Shown: positions 63,300 to 64,000 of the stretch, piece after piece
How positions within the stretch are numbered: the first letter of the stretch is position 1
Layout of the letters: each line of letters opens with the position of its first letter
Assembly: GCA_043228905.1 (NCBI GenBank)
Contig: JBHGNT010000012.1
Location: 8,432,001 to 8,496,000, forward strand
Length of the DNA stretch: 64,000 nt
Direction: 5' to 3'
DNA from: Azolla caroliniana
Lineage: Eukaryota; Plantae; Polypodiophyta
Notes under the pieces: model-generated
Seen by the model: the letters and a program-made list of their open reading frames with translations, nothing else
Databases searched by the model: none
Told to the model about the DNA's origin: nothing
Translations under genes and position numbers: made by a program

Positions 63300-64000
63300 G
63301 AGTATGAAAGGGGAGCCGGTTTTGGGATTTGTAATTAGTTAAATTATGATAATTATAAGAGCGGACGGACGGACTGGGAATCAATATGCCGATCCGGATC
63401 TGAACCGGTTCGTAGCCGGTTGCCGGTTGGCACCGGTTTGTAACCCAGTCGGATACCTATAAAAGGATCTGGAGACGATGTAAGGAACGATAGATAATTA
63501 ATAGAGAGGTGCTGTGTCTTTACATATTGTGTATCTTGTTAATACCATTCTGTGCTTAATGTGATTATGATACGAGTGTATCAAGTTAATCAATCCAGAT
63601 AGTAACTAGGAAGGATCGGTCCTGTATCACGGTCTACACATTCCTTACGGTACCACCCCCTTGGTGAAGTGTTCCAAGGGACACCCTGTGTTAGTGGCTT
63701 GTCCAACCCGGTGACAACACAGTTTTGGCAACCACGATTCCTACAAAAAGTGCAGTGAACAACGGGGGAACGGATGAATATACCAACGAACGACCCAATG
63801 GCCGAGTGAGAAAGAAGACTCGCCGAGAGACTGCGGAAGTGGGAGGCCTACTAGCAGGCGACAGGGGAGATCCGTTCGGATCAGTCTTTTTCCAGAGTGA
63901 TTCGGCGGGTCGCGGAGGAGTCACTCCGATTGCAACAGAATCACCACTCGAATGAAGGAAGTAGTCTGCAGGATGTGGAGTCCATTCTGTAGACACTTGC
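63300..64000. mobile_element. Probable further LTR-element fragment, orientation unresolved
   Basis: A TATA-like CCTATAAAAGG lies on the + strand, but a PPT-like AAGGGGGTGGTAC lies on the - strand at about 63650-63662. Confidence 0.35.

Overview
Eukaryotic, plant-type nuclear DNA, probably a non-seed plant such as a fern (inferred from Tcn1-like chromoviruses and gene content). One host gene is present: a 4-exon Enhancer-of-Polycomb-like (EPCR-type) chromatin protein with AT-hooks and a Tudor-like domain, 35255-45285 (+). It lies between two deeply nested transposon blocks. These contain Copia and Gypsy LTR elements, an L1-like LINE, an apparently intact hAT transposon (7002-12441) and a hAT MITE. 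Most notable signals: (1) degenerate tRNA-like A-box/B-box cassettes sit antisense in the U3 of at least six unrelated LTR sequences; (2) a single chromovirus insertion (48537-63203, TSD CCATG) has the R-U5 of its 5' LTR replaced by a 2.7-kb inverted copy of its own gag-pol, with breakpoints at the Tf1-type self-primer and PBS, making a candidate hairpin 'killer' locus; (3) an LTR lineage inserts at CCGG/ACGG with 4-bp TSDs; (4) a Gypsy LTR has a U3 homologous to a Copia LTR. All calls were made by eye with no database searches.
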